64,000 nucleotides of DNA from an uncultured Muribaculaceae bacterium (GTDB lineage Bacteria; Bacillota_I; Bacilli_A; RF39; UBA660), in NCBI GenBank assembly GCA_964486215.1, contig CAZALI010000001.1, positions 12,837-76,836 of the forward strand, given 5' to 3'. A program made the translations under genes and the position numbers. Under the pieces are notes generated by a model that saw only the letters and a program-made list of their open reading frames with translations, searched no databases and was not told the DNA's origin. This document shows positions 18,981 to 29,123 of this stretch, in pieces. Numbering within the stretch: position 1 is the stretch's first letter; each line of letters opens with the position of its first letter.

Positions 18981-19006
18981 AACTACGTTATTGAAAGGAG
19001 ATTATT

Positions 19007-19282
19007 ATGGCTGTTAAATTAAGATTAATGCGTATGGGTGCTAAGAAGAAACCTACATATAGAATAGTTGCTACTAACTCTCGTAGAAGAAGAGATGGTG
19101 AATATATTGAATTATTAGGTACTTATGAACCTATGAAGGATAGTAAAGTTAAAATTAATGAAGAAGTAGCTTTAAAATGGTTAAATGAAGGAGCTATTCC
19201 TAGTGATACTGTTAAGAATATTTTAAGTAAGAATGGTATTATGAAGAAATTCGCTGAATCTAAAGTAAAGAAGGATAAATAA
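19007..19282 (+). CDS. rpsP: 30S ribosomal protein S16.
   Basis: [31 protein letters not shown]. Confidence 0.95.
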   Translation: MAVKLRLMRMGAKKKPTYRIVATNSRRRRDGEYIELLGTYEPMKDSKVKINEEVALKWLNEGAIPSDTVKNILSKNGIMKKFAESKVKKDK

Positions 19283-19283
19283 T

Positions 19284-19532
19284 ATGGATTTAGTGGCTTT
19301 AACTGAATTTATTGTTAAAAGTATTGTTAGTGACGAAGAAGCTGTTAGTGTTAAACAGTTTGATTCTGAAGATGAAAATACTATTTTAATCCAAGTTATT
19401 GTCAGTGAAGATGATATGGGTAAAGTTATTGGTAAGAATGGTAAATGTGCTAATGCTATTAGAACTTTAGTACAAGCTAGTAGTGCTTTAGGCGATAATA
19501 AATATGTAAAAATTAACATTGATAAATTTTAA
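19284..19532 (+). CDS. KH-domain RNA-binding protein (YlqC-like).
   Basis: VIGKNGKCANAIRTL GxxG KH motif. Terminator at 19531-19555. Confidence 0.8.
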   Translation: MDLVALTEFIVKSIVSDEEAVSVKQFDSEDENTILIQVIVSEDDMGKVIGKNGKCANAIRTLVQASSALGDNKYVKINIDKF

Positions 19533-19583
19533 GAAGTTTACACTTCTTTTTTTTTCTTGTATAATTAATATGAGGTATGTTTA

Positions 19584-20291
19584 ATGGATAATGTGAAAAT
19601 GCCTATACATCTTGGCATAATAATGGATGGTAATGGTAGATGGGCAACAGAGAGAGGCCTTGCACGTACAGAGGGACATAGAGAAGGAGCTAATACTTTA
19701 AAAGAATTAGTTCTGTATACTAATAAAATTGGTATTAAATATCTTTCTGTTTATGCTTTTTCTACTGAGAATTTTAAAAGAAGTAAACAAGAAGTAGATT
19801 TTTTAATGAATCTATTTACTACTTTATTTAAAAGTGAATTTGATGAAATTAATAGAAATAATATTAAAGTAATCTTTTCTGGAAGAAGAGATAATTTATC
19901 TACTAAAGTATTAGATGTTATGGATAGTTTAGTTGAAAAGACATCTAATAATACTGGTATGACTTTAAATATATGTCTAAATTATGGATCTAGAGCAGAG
20001 ATAGTTGATATGAGTAAAAAACTATGTACTCTATATAAAAATAATCAAATTAGTTTAGATGATATAGATGAAGAATATATTAGTAAGAATTTATATAATG
20101 ATCTTCCAGATATAGATTTATTAATAAGAACTAGTGGAGAGATTAGATTAAGTAATTTTATGTTATATCAATTGAGTTATGCAGAGTTATATTTTCCAAA
20201 TACTTATTTTCCAGATTTCCATAGTGATGAGTTAGATAAAGCTATAGAAATCTTTAATGATAGAGATAGAAGATATGGAGGAATAAAATGA
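19584..20291 (+). CDS. uppS: Undecaprenyl diphosphate synthase.
   Basis: HLGIIMDGNGRWA, and the FSTENFKR and RTSGEIRLSNF motifs. Confidence 0.9.
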   Translation: MDNVKMPIHLGIIMDGNGRWATERGLARTEGHREGANTLKELVLYTNKIGIKYLSVYAFSTENFKRSKQEVDFLMNLFTTLFKSEFDEINRNNIKVIFSGRRDNLSTKVLDVMDSLVEKTSNNTGMTLNICLNYGSRAEIVDMSKKLCTLYKNNQISLDDIDEEYISKNLYNDLPDIDLLIRTSGEIRLSNFMLYQLSYAELYFPNTYFPDFHSDELDKAIEIFNDRDRRYGGIK

Positions 20292-21088
20292 AAACAAGAG
20301 TTTTAAGTGCATTAGTATTAATAATCTTGATAGTACCTATTTTAATAATAGGAGAATGGCCTTTTAAAATTATGGTCACAGTATTTGCTTTAGCTGGTTT
20401 ATATGAATTACTTAGTATTAAAGGACAAGATGATACTTTACCAATATATATGAAGTTATTGGCATATTTAACAGTAATATTCTTATGTTTTAATAATTCT
20501 GGTAGTTTGACATCTACTTATAGTATTAGTTATAAGTTAATATCAGCTATGATATTTATATTCTTATTTCCACTTGTATTTATTAATGATAATAAAAAAT
20601 ATAATGTTAATGATGCTTTGTATTTAGTTGCTTCTGTATTATTTATAGGATTTAGTTTTAATTTAATGATTATTGCGAGAGAATCAGGTGCTGAATACTT
20701 ATTATATTTATTTATAGTTACTACTATTACTGATACATTTGCTTTATTTACTGGTACTTTGATTGGTAAACATAAATTGTGTAAAACTATTAGTCCTAAT
20801 AAGACTATAGAGGGAGCTATTGGTGGTACTATTATGGGTACTTTTATATCTACATGTTTTTATATGACTGTTATTGACAATACTAAATCTTTATTACTTG
20901 TAATACTTATATCTTTCTTATTAACAATAGTTGGTCAAATAGGAGATTTAGTATTCTCAGCTATTAAGAGGTATTATAAACAAAAGGATTTTAGTAACTT
21001 AATACCTGGTCATGGTGGAATACTTGATAGATTTGATAGTTTAGTATTTGTAGTATTAGCTTATATATTACTTATGGAATTTATTTAG
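20288..21088 (+). CDS. cdsA: Phosphatidate cytidylyltransferase.
   Basis: Polytopic membrane protein with the C-terminal signature GHGGILDRFDS. Confidence 0.85.
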   Translation: MKTRVLSALVLIILIVPILIIGEWPFKIMVTVFALAGLYELLSIKGQDDTLPIYMKLLAYLTVIFLCFNNSGSLTSTYSISYKLISAMIFIFLFPLVFINDNKKYNVNDALYLVASVLFIGFSFNLMIIARESGAEYLLYLFIVTTITDTFALFTGTLIGKHKLCKTISPNKTIEGAIGGTIMGTFISTCFYMTVIDNTKSLLLVILISFLLTIVGQIGDLVFSAIKRYYKQKDFSNLIPGHGGILDRFDSLVFVVLAYILLMEFI

Positions 21089-21098
21089 AGGTGGTTTT

Positions 21099-22151
21099 GT
21101 GACATTTATAATTAATTTATTACTGTTTATATTAATACTAGGTTTTATAGTTTTTGTACATGAATTTGGACACTTTATATGGGCAAAAATATGTGGAGTT
21201 TATGTATATGAATTTGCTTTAGGTATGGGGCCAAAACTTCTTTCTAAACAAGGTAAAGAAACAGAATACACAATTAGAGCTATTCCTCTAGGTGGATTTT
21301 GTGCTTTAGCTGGTGAAGATGTTGACGATGATGATAAAAGGAAAATACCTAAGAATAGAAGACTTCAAGATAAGAAGCCTTGGCAAAGATTTTTAATTAT
21401 GTTTTTTGGAGCTGGTAATAACTTTATATCAGCATTCATAATACTATTCTTTATTGCTTTAATATGGGGTGGAACTACTATGGATCCTGTCATTACTAAA
21501 GTAAGTAAGAAATCTCCAGCTTATGAGGCTGGTTTAGAGTCTAAAGACAGGATATTAAAAATAAATAAAAATAAAATTGTAACTAGTGATGATGTTACTT
21601 TATATTTAGCTGTTTCTAATCCTAAAGTAAAGAACAAATTTAAAGTAGAAAAAGAAGATGGATCAGTAAAGACATATGAAATAAAACCAGAGAAGAAGAC
21701 AGTTAAAGGAAAAGATTCATATGTTTATGGTATTATGATTAAACAGAAACCTACTCACGGATTTGTTAATAGTTTGTCTTATATGTGTAAGAAAGGCAAA
21801 TCAATATTTAAACAAATGTGGGTAACAGTATCTTATCTATTTACTGGTCGTATTAAGCTAAGTCAGTTATCTGGACCTGTTGGTATATATTCAATAGTAG
21901 GAGAGCAAAAGAAAGCCGGAATATCTAACTTATTATACTTAGTAGCTTTCTTAAGTATTAATGTAGGTTTTATTAATTTACTTCCTCTACCAGCTTTTGA
22001 TGGTGGACATATATTATTTATTTTAATAGAAATTATTAGAAGAAAACCTGTTTCACCTGAATTAGAAGCTAAGATACATACAGCGGGATTTATACTATTA
22101 TTATTACTTATGGTGATTGTTACTATTAATGATATACTTAATTTGACATAA
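21099..22151 (+). CDS. rseP: Site-2 protease RseP/RasP.
   Basis: GTG start, HEFGHF zinc motif, PDZ region and the C-terminal LPLPAFDGGH motif. Terminator at 22190-22222. Confidence 0.85.
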   Translation: MTFIINLLLFILILGFIVFVHEFGHFIWAKICGVYVYEFALGMGPKLLSKQGKETEYTIRAIPLGGFCALAGEDVDDDDKRKIPKNRRLQDKKPWQRFLIMFFGAGNNFISAFIILFFIALIWGGTTMDPVITKVSKKSPAYEAGLESKDRILKINKNKIVTSDDVTLYLAVSNPKVKNKFKVEKEDGSVKTYEIKPEKKTVKGKDSYVYGIMIKQKPTHGFVNSLSYMCKKGKSIFKQMWVTVSYLFTGRIKLSQLSGPVGIYSIVGEQKKAGISNLLYLVAFLSINVGFINLLPLPAFDGGHILFILIEIIRRKPVSPELEAKIHTAGFILLLLLMVIVTINDILNLT

Positions 22152-22271
22152 GCTTTTACGTAAATCATATAATATTAAAGTGTAAAGTACAGTTAATTAT
22201 GTTAACTGTTTCTTTTTTTTAAACTTGTACTGGTATATACTTATTATAGGAGTAGTGTAGAGGGGATTAAT

Positions 22272-22517
22272 ATGATAGTAAAGATTGAATTGATTATATT
22301 AAGTATTATTGCTATTGTATCTTTTATAACAGGTGTAGTTATAAATATACTAGACTCTTTGCGCGAAAAAAAGCTAAGAGAGAATAAGTTAAAAGCTAGA
22401 ATAATGAATGCTCCTCTAGATGGTACTACTATTATTAATGTTAATAATACAAATATAAATAGAAATGATAAGCCTGTTATCGTTAAATCTATGGATACAG
22501 ATGATGATATTATTTAG
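22272..22517 (+). CDS. Small membrane protein.
   Basis: An 81-aa ORF with an N-terminal TM segment. Confidence 0.35.
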   Translation: MIVKIELIILSIIAIVSFITGVVINILDSLREKKLRENKLKARIMNAPLDGTTIINVNNTNINRNDKPVIVKSMDTDDDII

Positions 22518-22535
22518 ACGAAAAGTGGTGATTTA

Positions 22536-23492
22536 ATGAAAATTATTAAATACATTATTGATACTACTATTAAAGGTTTCCTATTTATTATAAATACTAT
22601 TTGTAGTGGTATTTATACTGTATTAATAGGTTTTTTTAGATTGCTTAATTCTATTTTTAAAAATAAATTTGATAAACCATTAAATAGATTATATGGTAGA
22701 CAGAAACCAGCTTTAATATTATTACTTATAATTTATATGTTTAGTTTTACTGCTGTCTTTAATATGGTTTATTCTCCTAAACAAGATAAAGTTAGTCATA
22801 ATAAGCTTTTAGGCGATAATAATAATGGAGAAAAGAAAATATCAGCTGCATCTAGTAAGATGAGTGATAATAAGAATTTAGAAACTAATTTATATTGGAG
22901 ATTTGGAAAGACAAATTTAAAGGACGTAAATTTTGAAGAATTAAGAAAACAAAATCCAGGTACAGTAGCTTGGATTAGTGTTGATGGGACTAATATTAAT
23001 TATCCAGTAGTACAAAGTAGTGATAATGACTTTTATTTAACTCATTCTTTTAATAAAGAATATAATAATAATGGTTGGGTATTTATGGATTTTAGGAATA
23101 CTCCTATGGAAGATAAGAATGTTATTTTCTATGGGCATAATTTACTTAATGGAACTGGTTTTGGTACAGTAGGTGATATGTTTACTAAAAGTTGGAAGAA
23201 AAAATCATCTAGAACAATAATTGTTTTAACTGATACTACTGAGTATGTTTATAAAGTATTTTCTCTTTATTATACAAAACCTGTTGTAGGATACTTGACA
23301 GTAGTATTTAATAGTGAAGATGAATATGGTAACTGGGTTACTGATCTTAAGAATAAAGATACTATGGGATTAAATGAACCTGTATCAAAAGACAATAAGA
23401 TAATTACTTTATCTACTTGTACAGAAGATAATCAAGGTAGAAAGGTAGCTCATGCTAAACTAATTAGTGTAGAACCAAGAAAGATGAAATGA
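22536..23492 (+). CDS. srtB: Class B sortase.
   Basis: N-terminal TM segment, NVIFYGHNL block, and the catalytic IITLSTCTED block. Confidence 0.65.
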   Translation: MKIIKYIIDTTIKGFLFIINTICSGIYTVLIGFFRLLNSIFKNKFDKPLNRLYGRQKPALILLLIIYMFSFTAVFNMVYSPKQDKVSHNKLLGDNNNGEKKISAASSKMSDNKNLETNLYWRFGKTNLKDVNFEELRKQNPGTVAWISVDGTNINYPVVQSSDNDFYLTHSFNKEYNNNGWVFMDFRNTPMEDKNVIFYGHNLLNGTGFGTVGDMFTKSWKKKSSRTIIVLTDTTEYVYKVFSLYYTKPVVGYLTVVFNSEDEYGNWVTDLKNKDTMGLNEPVSKDNKIITLSTCTEDNQGRKVAHAKLISVEPRKMK

Positions 23493-23809
23493 AAAAGAAA
23501 AGAGTAATTGATTTAGACATTATTATAAAGACATATAATATTGTTTTAGTTATGTCTTTGTTAGTAGAAATATTAAGCCTTGTATCATTTATTAATGATA
23601 AAGTAACTATTTCTTTTATAGTGATTGATATTTTAGCTTTATTATTTACTATTATTAGTATAAATTTAATAAGAAAGAGAAATAAGTATACACCAATTAT
23701 AGGTTTAATTGGAGGACTACTATTATTCTTCACAAGAAATGTATTAGGTATTATGTTAGGAATATTATTAATATATAATTCTATTAGATTGGAAAAATAC
23801 TTAAAATAA
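23489..23809 (+). CDS. Small membrane protein.
   Basis: Three hydrophobic helices. Terminator GATGTAA/TTACATC at 23831-23854. Confidence 0.4.
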   Translation: MKKKRVIDLDIIIKTYNIVLVMSLLVEILSLVSFINDKVTISFIVIDILALLFTIISINLIRKRNKYTPIIGLIGGLLLFFTRNVLGIMLGILLIYNSIRLEKYLK

Positions 23810-23877
23810 TATATTTTTAGTTTATAATAAGATGTAAGCAATTACATCTTTTTGTTTTGAAAAGAGGAGGTGATAAT

Positions 23878-26043
23878 TTGGTAGTAGGTGTTTTGGTAGA
23901 GTTATCAGCTAAAAGTTTAGATAAAGAATTTGATTATTTAGTACCTGATAATATGATTTCTGATATTAAAGTTGGTATCAGAGTATTAGTACCATTTGGT
24001 AATAGAACAATAAATGGATTTATATTAGAGATTAAAGATGATAGTTCTTATTCTGATAAATTAAAGTATATTAAAGAAGTTATTGACAAAGATATAGTTT
24101 TAACTGATGAAATGTTATCTTTAGGCAAAGATATTCAAAAGATGACATTATCTACTTTAATAAGTGCTTATCAGATTATGCTTCCTAAAGCATTAAAAGC
24201 TAGTAAGAGTATTGTCAATAAAAAATATATTACTTATTATAAATTAAATGATTCTATTAATTTAAATGAATATAAATTAAATGATAAACAAAAGAGAATA
24301 GTAGATTTATGTTCTATTCCACAGAGAAGAGATACTCTTATAGAGATATCTGTAAGTAGTTTAAATACACTCATTAAAAAGAATATTTTGTTATGCGAAA
24401 AACGTGAAGAATATAGATTGAATTATAGTGATAATAAAATAATTAAACATAAACTTACATCTAATCAAGAAGAAGTATATGAAAAAATGCTTAGTTATAA
24501 TGACAATAAACCTTGTCTTTTATATGGGGTTACTGGTAGTGGAAAGACAGAAGTTTATATGGAGTTAATTGATTACTATTTAAAACAAAATAAAACAGCT
24601 ATTGTATTAGTACCAGAGATTAGTCTAACAGCTCAACTTATTAAAAGGTTCATTGATAGATTTGGAGATAAAATAGCGGCTTTACATTCAGCTTTATCTG
24701 ATGGTGAAAAGTATGATGAGTGGAGGAGAATAGAAAGAGGAGAAGCTCAAGTAGTTATAGGAGCTAGAAGTGCAATATTTGCTCCACTTAAGAATATAGG
24801 AGTAATTATAATTGATGAAGAGCATAGTGATTCCTATAAACAGAGTGATATGAATCCTAGATATAATGCGAAGGATATTGCATTAATTAGATCAAAAACA
24901 CATAATGCTTTACTTGTTATGGGAAGTGCTACTCCTTCACTAGAAGCTATGGCTAGAGCTAGAAAAGGTGTTTTCCATTTATTAGAACTAAATTCTAGAG
25001 TAAATGGAAGTACTCTTCCTACTGTTGATATTGTCGATATGAATAAAGAAATTAGGACTAGTTATGGGCACTTTTCTAGAGTACTTTTAGGCAAAATAAA
25101 GGAAAAAGTAGCTTTAGGAGAACAAGTAATTCTTCTTCTTAATAGGAGAGGTTATTCACCTGTTGTGATGTGTAAGAATTGTGGCCATACTTTTAAATGT
25201 CCTAACTGTGATATTACATATACTTATCATAAAAGTAATAATATGCTTATTTGTCATTATTGTGGTTATGCAGAAAAACTTCCTACTAGTTGTCCTGAAT
25301 GTCATAATTATTCTATTAGTGACATAGGAGTAGGAACAGAAAGAATAGAAGAAGAATTAGAAAAATATGCAGATGCTAGAGTACTAAGAATGGACTATGA
25401 TACTACGACAAGACATGGAGCTCATCAAAAGATGATAGATGCTTTTAAAAATCATGAGTACGATATACTTCTTGGTACACAGATGGTATCTAAAGGCCTA
25501 GATTTTCCATTAGTAACACTAGTTGGAGTAATAAATGCGGATACTTCTCTTAATATTCCAGACTTTAGATCTAGTGAAGTTACTTTCTCACTTCTTAATC
25601 AAGTTAGTGGTAGAGCAGGAAGAAGTGAAAAGCCTGGAGAAGTAATTATTCAAACTTATAATCCAGATCATTATGCGATTAAATATGCATCTAGTGGTAA
25701 TTACTTAGATTTTTACTTAGAGGAAATGAAGATTAGAAAAGTATTAAAATATCCACCATATTGTTATATATGTTATCTAAGAATTAGTGGAAAAGATAAT
25801 AGTTATGTAAATGGTGAAGCTAATAAAATAAAGAGAAGTTTAGAAAGAAATATAAATGAAGTTATACTTGGTCCAAGTGCTTCAGCTGTTTTTAGAGTAA
25901 ATAACATTTATAGATATGGAATTATCATTAAGTATAAAGATATTAATAATATTATAGATATCATACGCAAGATACAAGAGCATTATCAAAATAATAATAA
26001 AATCAAGATAGATATTGATTTTAATCCTACACATTTGATGTAA
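23878..26043 (+). CDS. priA: Primosomal protein N' (PriA helicase). The likely start is TTG at 23878, after the RBS AGGAGGTGA.
   Basis: Walker A GVTGSGKTEVY, DEEH box, Cys-rich zinc region CKNCGH...CPNCD...CHYCG...CPEC. Confidence 0.9.
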   Translation: MVVGVLVELSAKSLDKEFDYLVPDNMISDIKVGIRVLVPFGNRTINGFILEIKDDSSYSDKLKYIKEVIDKDIVLTDEMLSLGKDIQKMTLSTLISAYQIMLPKALKASKSIVNKKYITYYKLNDSINLNEYKLNDKQKRIVDLCSIPQRRDTLIEISVSSLNTLIKKNILLCEKREEYRLNYSDNKIIKHKLTSNQEEVYEKMLSYNDNKPCLLYGVTGSGKTEVYMELIDYYLKQNKTAIVLVPEISLTAQLIKRFIDRFGDKIAALHSALSDGEKYDEWRRIERGEAQVVIGARSAIFAPLKNIGVIIIDEEHSDSYKQSDMNPRYNAKDIALIRSKTHNALLVMGSATPSLEAMARARKGVFHLLELNSRVNGSTLPTVDIVDMNKEIRTSYGHFSRVLLGKIKEKVALGEQVILLLNRRGYSPVVMCKNCGHTFKCPNCDITYTYHKSNNMLICHYCGYAEKLPTSCPECHNYSISDIGVGTERIEEELEKYADARVLRMDYDTTTRHGAHQKMIDAFKNHEYDILLGTQMVSKGLDFPLVTLVGVINADTSLNIPDFRSSEVTFSLLNQVSGRAGRSEKPGEVIIQTYNPDHYAIKYASSGNYLDFYLEEMKIRKVLKYPPYCYICYLRISGKDNSYVNGEANKIKRSLERNINEVILGPSASAVFRVNNIYRYGIIIKYKDINNIIDIIRKIQEHYQNNNKIKIDIDFNPTHLM

Positions 26044-26079
26044 AATATGCTATTCTATTATTAGAATAGAGGTGTTTAG

Positions 26080-26331
26080 ATGCAGTTTTTTGATAATAAA
26101 GGAAATAATTATTCTGATAAAGAAATAGAAAACGAAAATTTAAACATAAATGAAGATGATAATGGTTCTGTTGTTAATAAAGAAAATGCTGATTATTATA
26201 AGCAATTAATGAGAGAGTCAACAACTAAGAAAGATGATTATTATGACAGTAATAATCCTATAATAAGAATTATTTTATTAGTATTATTTGTAATTATAGT
26301 TGTTGGATGTATATATGTTTTTACTAGGTAA
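26080..26331 (+). CDS. Small tail-anchored membrane protein.
   Basis: An 83-aa ORF with a C-terminal TM segment. Confidence 0.35.
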   Translation: MQFFDNKGNNYSDKEIENENLNINEDDNGSVVNKENADYYKQLMRESTTKKDDYYDSNNPIIRIILLVLFVIIVVGCIYVFTR

Positions 26332-26336
26332 TTTTT

Positions 26337-27431
26337 ATGTTTAACTATTTATTAAATAAAGATGAGACAATTTTGTTTTTAAAGACACTTATTAATAATA
26401 GTGTTTATCATGATAAAAAAGATTCTAATAAAGATGATGTTATTGGACTTTTTTATGATGCTTTATTTAAGTATAGTGTTTTATTAGATAGTGAAGATTA
26501 CTATAGTGAATTTTTAACTGATCTTAGAACAATCTTTAAAAAGATTAATAATATTAGTGAAATAGATGAAGGCATTAATAAATTACTTAGTAGATTAATA
26601 TTAAAGAAATTGGATACTAAAAATAAAAATACTTTTATTGAATATGTATATGATAGATTTATTAATAATGGTTATTTTATACATGCCTATAGTAATAAAT
26701 ATAAAAATAATATTGATAAAAATGGATTAATAATAGATGAATATGATAATTTATACGATAGATTTATTAAAGTACAAGATATTCTTAATAAATATAGTTC
26801 TTCTATTATTGATAAAGACTTTAATGATAAGAGTATTTATTTTACTGATAGTATGAAATTAGCTTACTATTATGCTTCTAGAAGTCCATATTATTTTTAT
26901 AACTTAATTTGTGGAGAAAAGTTTATTAAGAATAAAGATTCTTATAGTGAAAAGAATTATAAAGAATGTTTAGGTAATATTAAGAAACTTTGTTATAAAT
27001 ATAGTTTAACTAGTGATGATGAAGAATATGTAATAGATACTTTTAATAAAGAGTGGGAATTACTTGATAATAAAGATAATATTAATAGTTTTATATTAGT
27101 AAAAAGAAATGTTTTAGAGTATAATAAAATACCATTAGAGGAATTTATAAATAAATATAATACTGAAAGTTATGATTTTATTTTAGATAGATTAATTGAT
27201 GGTAATTATAGTAATATTAAATGTAATAAAAATATTGATAGAAATGATATTACTTTTATAGATATTAATCATGGTACTAAAGAAGAAGTTAAAGAAGATA
27301 AACATGAAGAGAAACAATATTTTGATGAATTTGATTTCAGTAATTCTTATGGTAAAGTATCATTACTATTGCTATTTGGAGCTATCTTAATTACTATTGG
27401 AATTATAATTACTATAATACTATTTGTATAG
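26337..27431 (+). CDS. Hypothetical protein with a C-terminal TM anchor.
   Basis: A 364-aa ORF ending LLLLFGAILITIGIIITIILFV. Confidence 0.45.
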   Translation: MFNYLLNKDETILFLKTLINNSVYHDKKDSNKDDVIGLFYDALFKYSVLLDSEDYYSEFLTDLRTIFKKINNISEIDEGINKLLSRLILKKLDTKNKNTFIEYVYDRFINNGYFIHAYSNKYKNNIDKNGLIIDEYDNLYDRFIKVQDILNKYSSSIIDKDFNDKSIYFTDSMKLAYYYASRSPYYFYNLICGEKFIKNKDSYSEKNYKECLGNIKKLCYKYSLTSDDEEYVIDTFNKEWELLDNKDNINSFILVKRNVLEYNKIPLEEFINKYNTESYDFILDRLIDGNYSNIKCNKNIDRNDITFIDINHGTKEEVKEDKHEEKQYFDEFDFSNSYGKVSLLLLFGAILITIGIIITIILFV

Positions 27432-27441
27432 GAGTGATAAT

Positions 27442-28365
27442 ATGAGAGTTGTATTTATGGGCACACCTAATTTTGCTTGTCCTGTATTATCTAGTTTAAT
27501 TGATAATTATGAAGTAGTAGGTGTTGTTAGTCAACCAGATAAAAAAGTAGGTCGTAAACAAATTCTTACTCCTACACCAATTAAAGAAATAGCTTTAAGT
27601 AATAATATTCCTGTTTTTCAACCAGTTAAAATAAGAGAAGATTATGAATCTATTTTAGAATGTAGGCCTGATATTATAGTGACTTGTGCATATGGACAGA
27701 TTATACCTAAAGAGATAATTGATTATCCTAAATATGGCTGTATTAATGTGCATGCTTCTCTTCTTCCTAAATATAGGGGAGGAGCTCCAATACATAGAGC
27801 TATTATGAATGGTGATGAAAAGACTGGTATTACAATAATGTATATGGATGAAGGAATGGATACTGGAGATATTATTAGTAGTGAAGAAGTTAAGATAGAA
27901 GATTCTGATAATTTAGAAACATTATCTCTTAAGTTAAGTGATTTAGGAGCTAAATTACTAATAAATACTTTACCAAGTATTATAGATGGAACTAGAGTAA
28001 GAACAAAACAAAATGAAGACGAAGTAACTTATGCTTATAATGTATCTAGTGAAGAAGAACATATTGATTTTAACAAAACTAGTCGTGATATATATAATTT
28101 AATTAGAGCTTTATCTCCTAATATTGGAGCATACTTTATGTTAGATGGAGAGAGAGTTAAAGTATATAAAGCTAGAATTGGTACTAATAAATATGACAAT
28201 GTCGGAATAATTAATAATATCTATAAAGATGGTATAGGCATTAGTTCTAGTGATGGAGAGATTGTTTTAGAAGAAATACAAGTTTCTGGTAAAAAGAAGA
28301 TGTCTGTCAATAGTTATTTAAATGGAATTAAAAAAGAAACATTAATGGGTAAGGAGTTAAAATGA
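27442..28365 (+). CDS. fmt: Methionyl-tRNA formyltransferase.
   Basis: MRVVFMGTPNFA..., HASLLPKYRGGAPI. Confidence 0.9.
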   Translation: MRVVFMGTPNFACPVLSSLIDNYEVVGVVSQPDKKVGRKQILTPTPIKEIALSNNIPVFQPVKIREDYESILECRPDIIVTCAYGQIIPKEIIDYPKYGCINVHASLLPKYRGGAPIHRAIMNGDEKTGITIMYMDEGMDTGDIISSEEVKIEDSDNLETLSLKLSDLGAKLLINTLPSIIDGTRVRTKQNEDEVTYAYNVSSEEEHIDFNKTSRDIYNLIRALSPNIGAYFMLDGERVKVYKARIGTNKYDNVGIINNIYKDGIGISSSDGEIVLEEIQVSGKKKMSVNSYLNGIKKETLMGKELK

Positions 28366-29072
28366 AAGACTTTTTAAAATATGTGAAAGAAATGCGAAAA
28401 AGTGAAAAAGGTAGAGCGATACTTTTCTTTGGTTTCTTCTTTATTTTCTTTTTAGCTTTAGCTATTATAGCTAGATTAGATCCAGGAGAGGCTCCTGAGT
28501 ATGAGCCTGCTTATACGCCTGATGTATCTATTGATCAGTTGCTTGATAATAATTTCAGTTATATATATACAATAGAAGCTGATACTAAAACTTATACAGT
28601 TACTGGTAAAATAAATGAAGGAATGGAAGAATTTACTTATGATGATGGTACTAATTCTACTAAGTACTATCGTAATGGTGAAAATTATTTAATTTATCAA
28701 AAAGATATGTGGGTAAAAGGATCAGAACCTACTAATTTGTTTAAATTCTTTAATACTAAATCTTTGAATAAATTAATAAAAAAAGCTACATATGATTCAA
28801 AAACTGATTATCAAAGTGGAAGAGTTAATCATCATTTTCTTATCAGTACTAATACTATTAATAAGGTATTAGATAAAATTAATAGTGATTTTGATGAAGT
28901 ACCAAATGAATTAGATGTTATATTTAATGAAAAGAAGGATATAGAAGAAATTAAGTTTAGTTTAAATAGTTATGGTGTGAATAATAAACTTGTCAAAAAA
29001 GATTTAACTATTAGATTACAGTATGATGATATAGGAAAAATTGGAGTAATAAAAAATCCATTAGATGAATAA
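28362..29072 (+). CDS. Membrane-anchored hypothetical protein.
   Basis: N-terminal TM segment followed by a β-rich domain. Terminator at 29072-29095. Confidence 0.45.
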   Translation: MKDFLKYVKEMRKSEKGRAILFFGFFFIFFLALAIIARLDPGEAPEYEPAYTPDVSIDQLLDNNFSYIYTIEADTKTYTVTGKINEGMEEFTYDDGTNSTKYYRNGENYLIYQKDMWVKGSEPTNLFKFFNTKSLNKLIKKATYDSKTDYQSGRVNHHFLISTNTINKVLDKINSDFDEVPNELDVIFNEKKDIEEIKFSLNSYGVNNKLVKKDLTIRLQYDDIGKIGVIKNPLDE

Positions 29073-29123
29073 GTCTATTTATAGACTTTTTCTTTTGTAG
29101 TATAATGTTTGTAGGTGATACTT

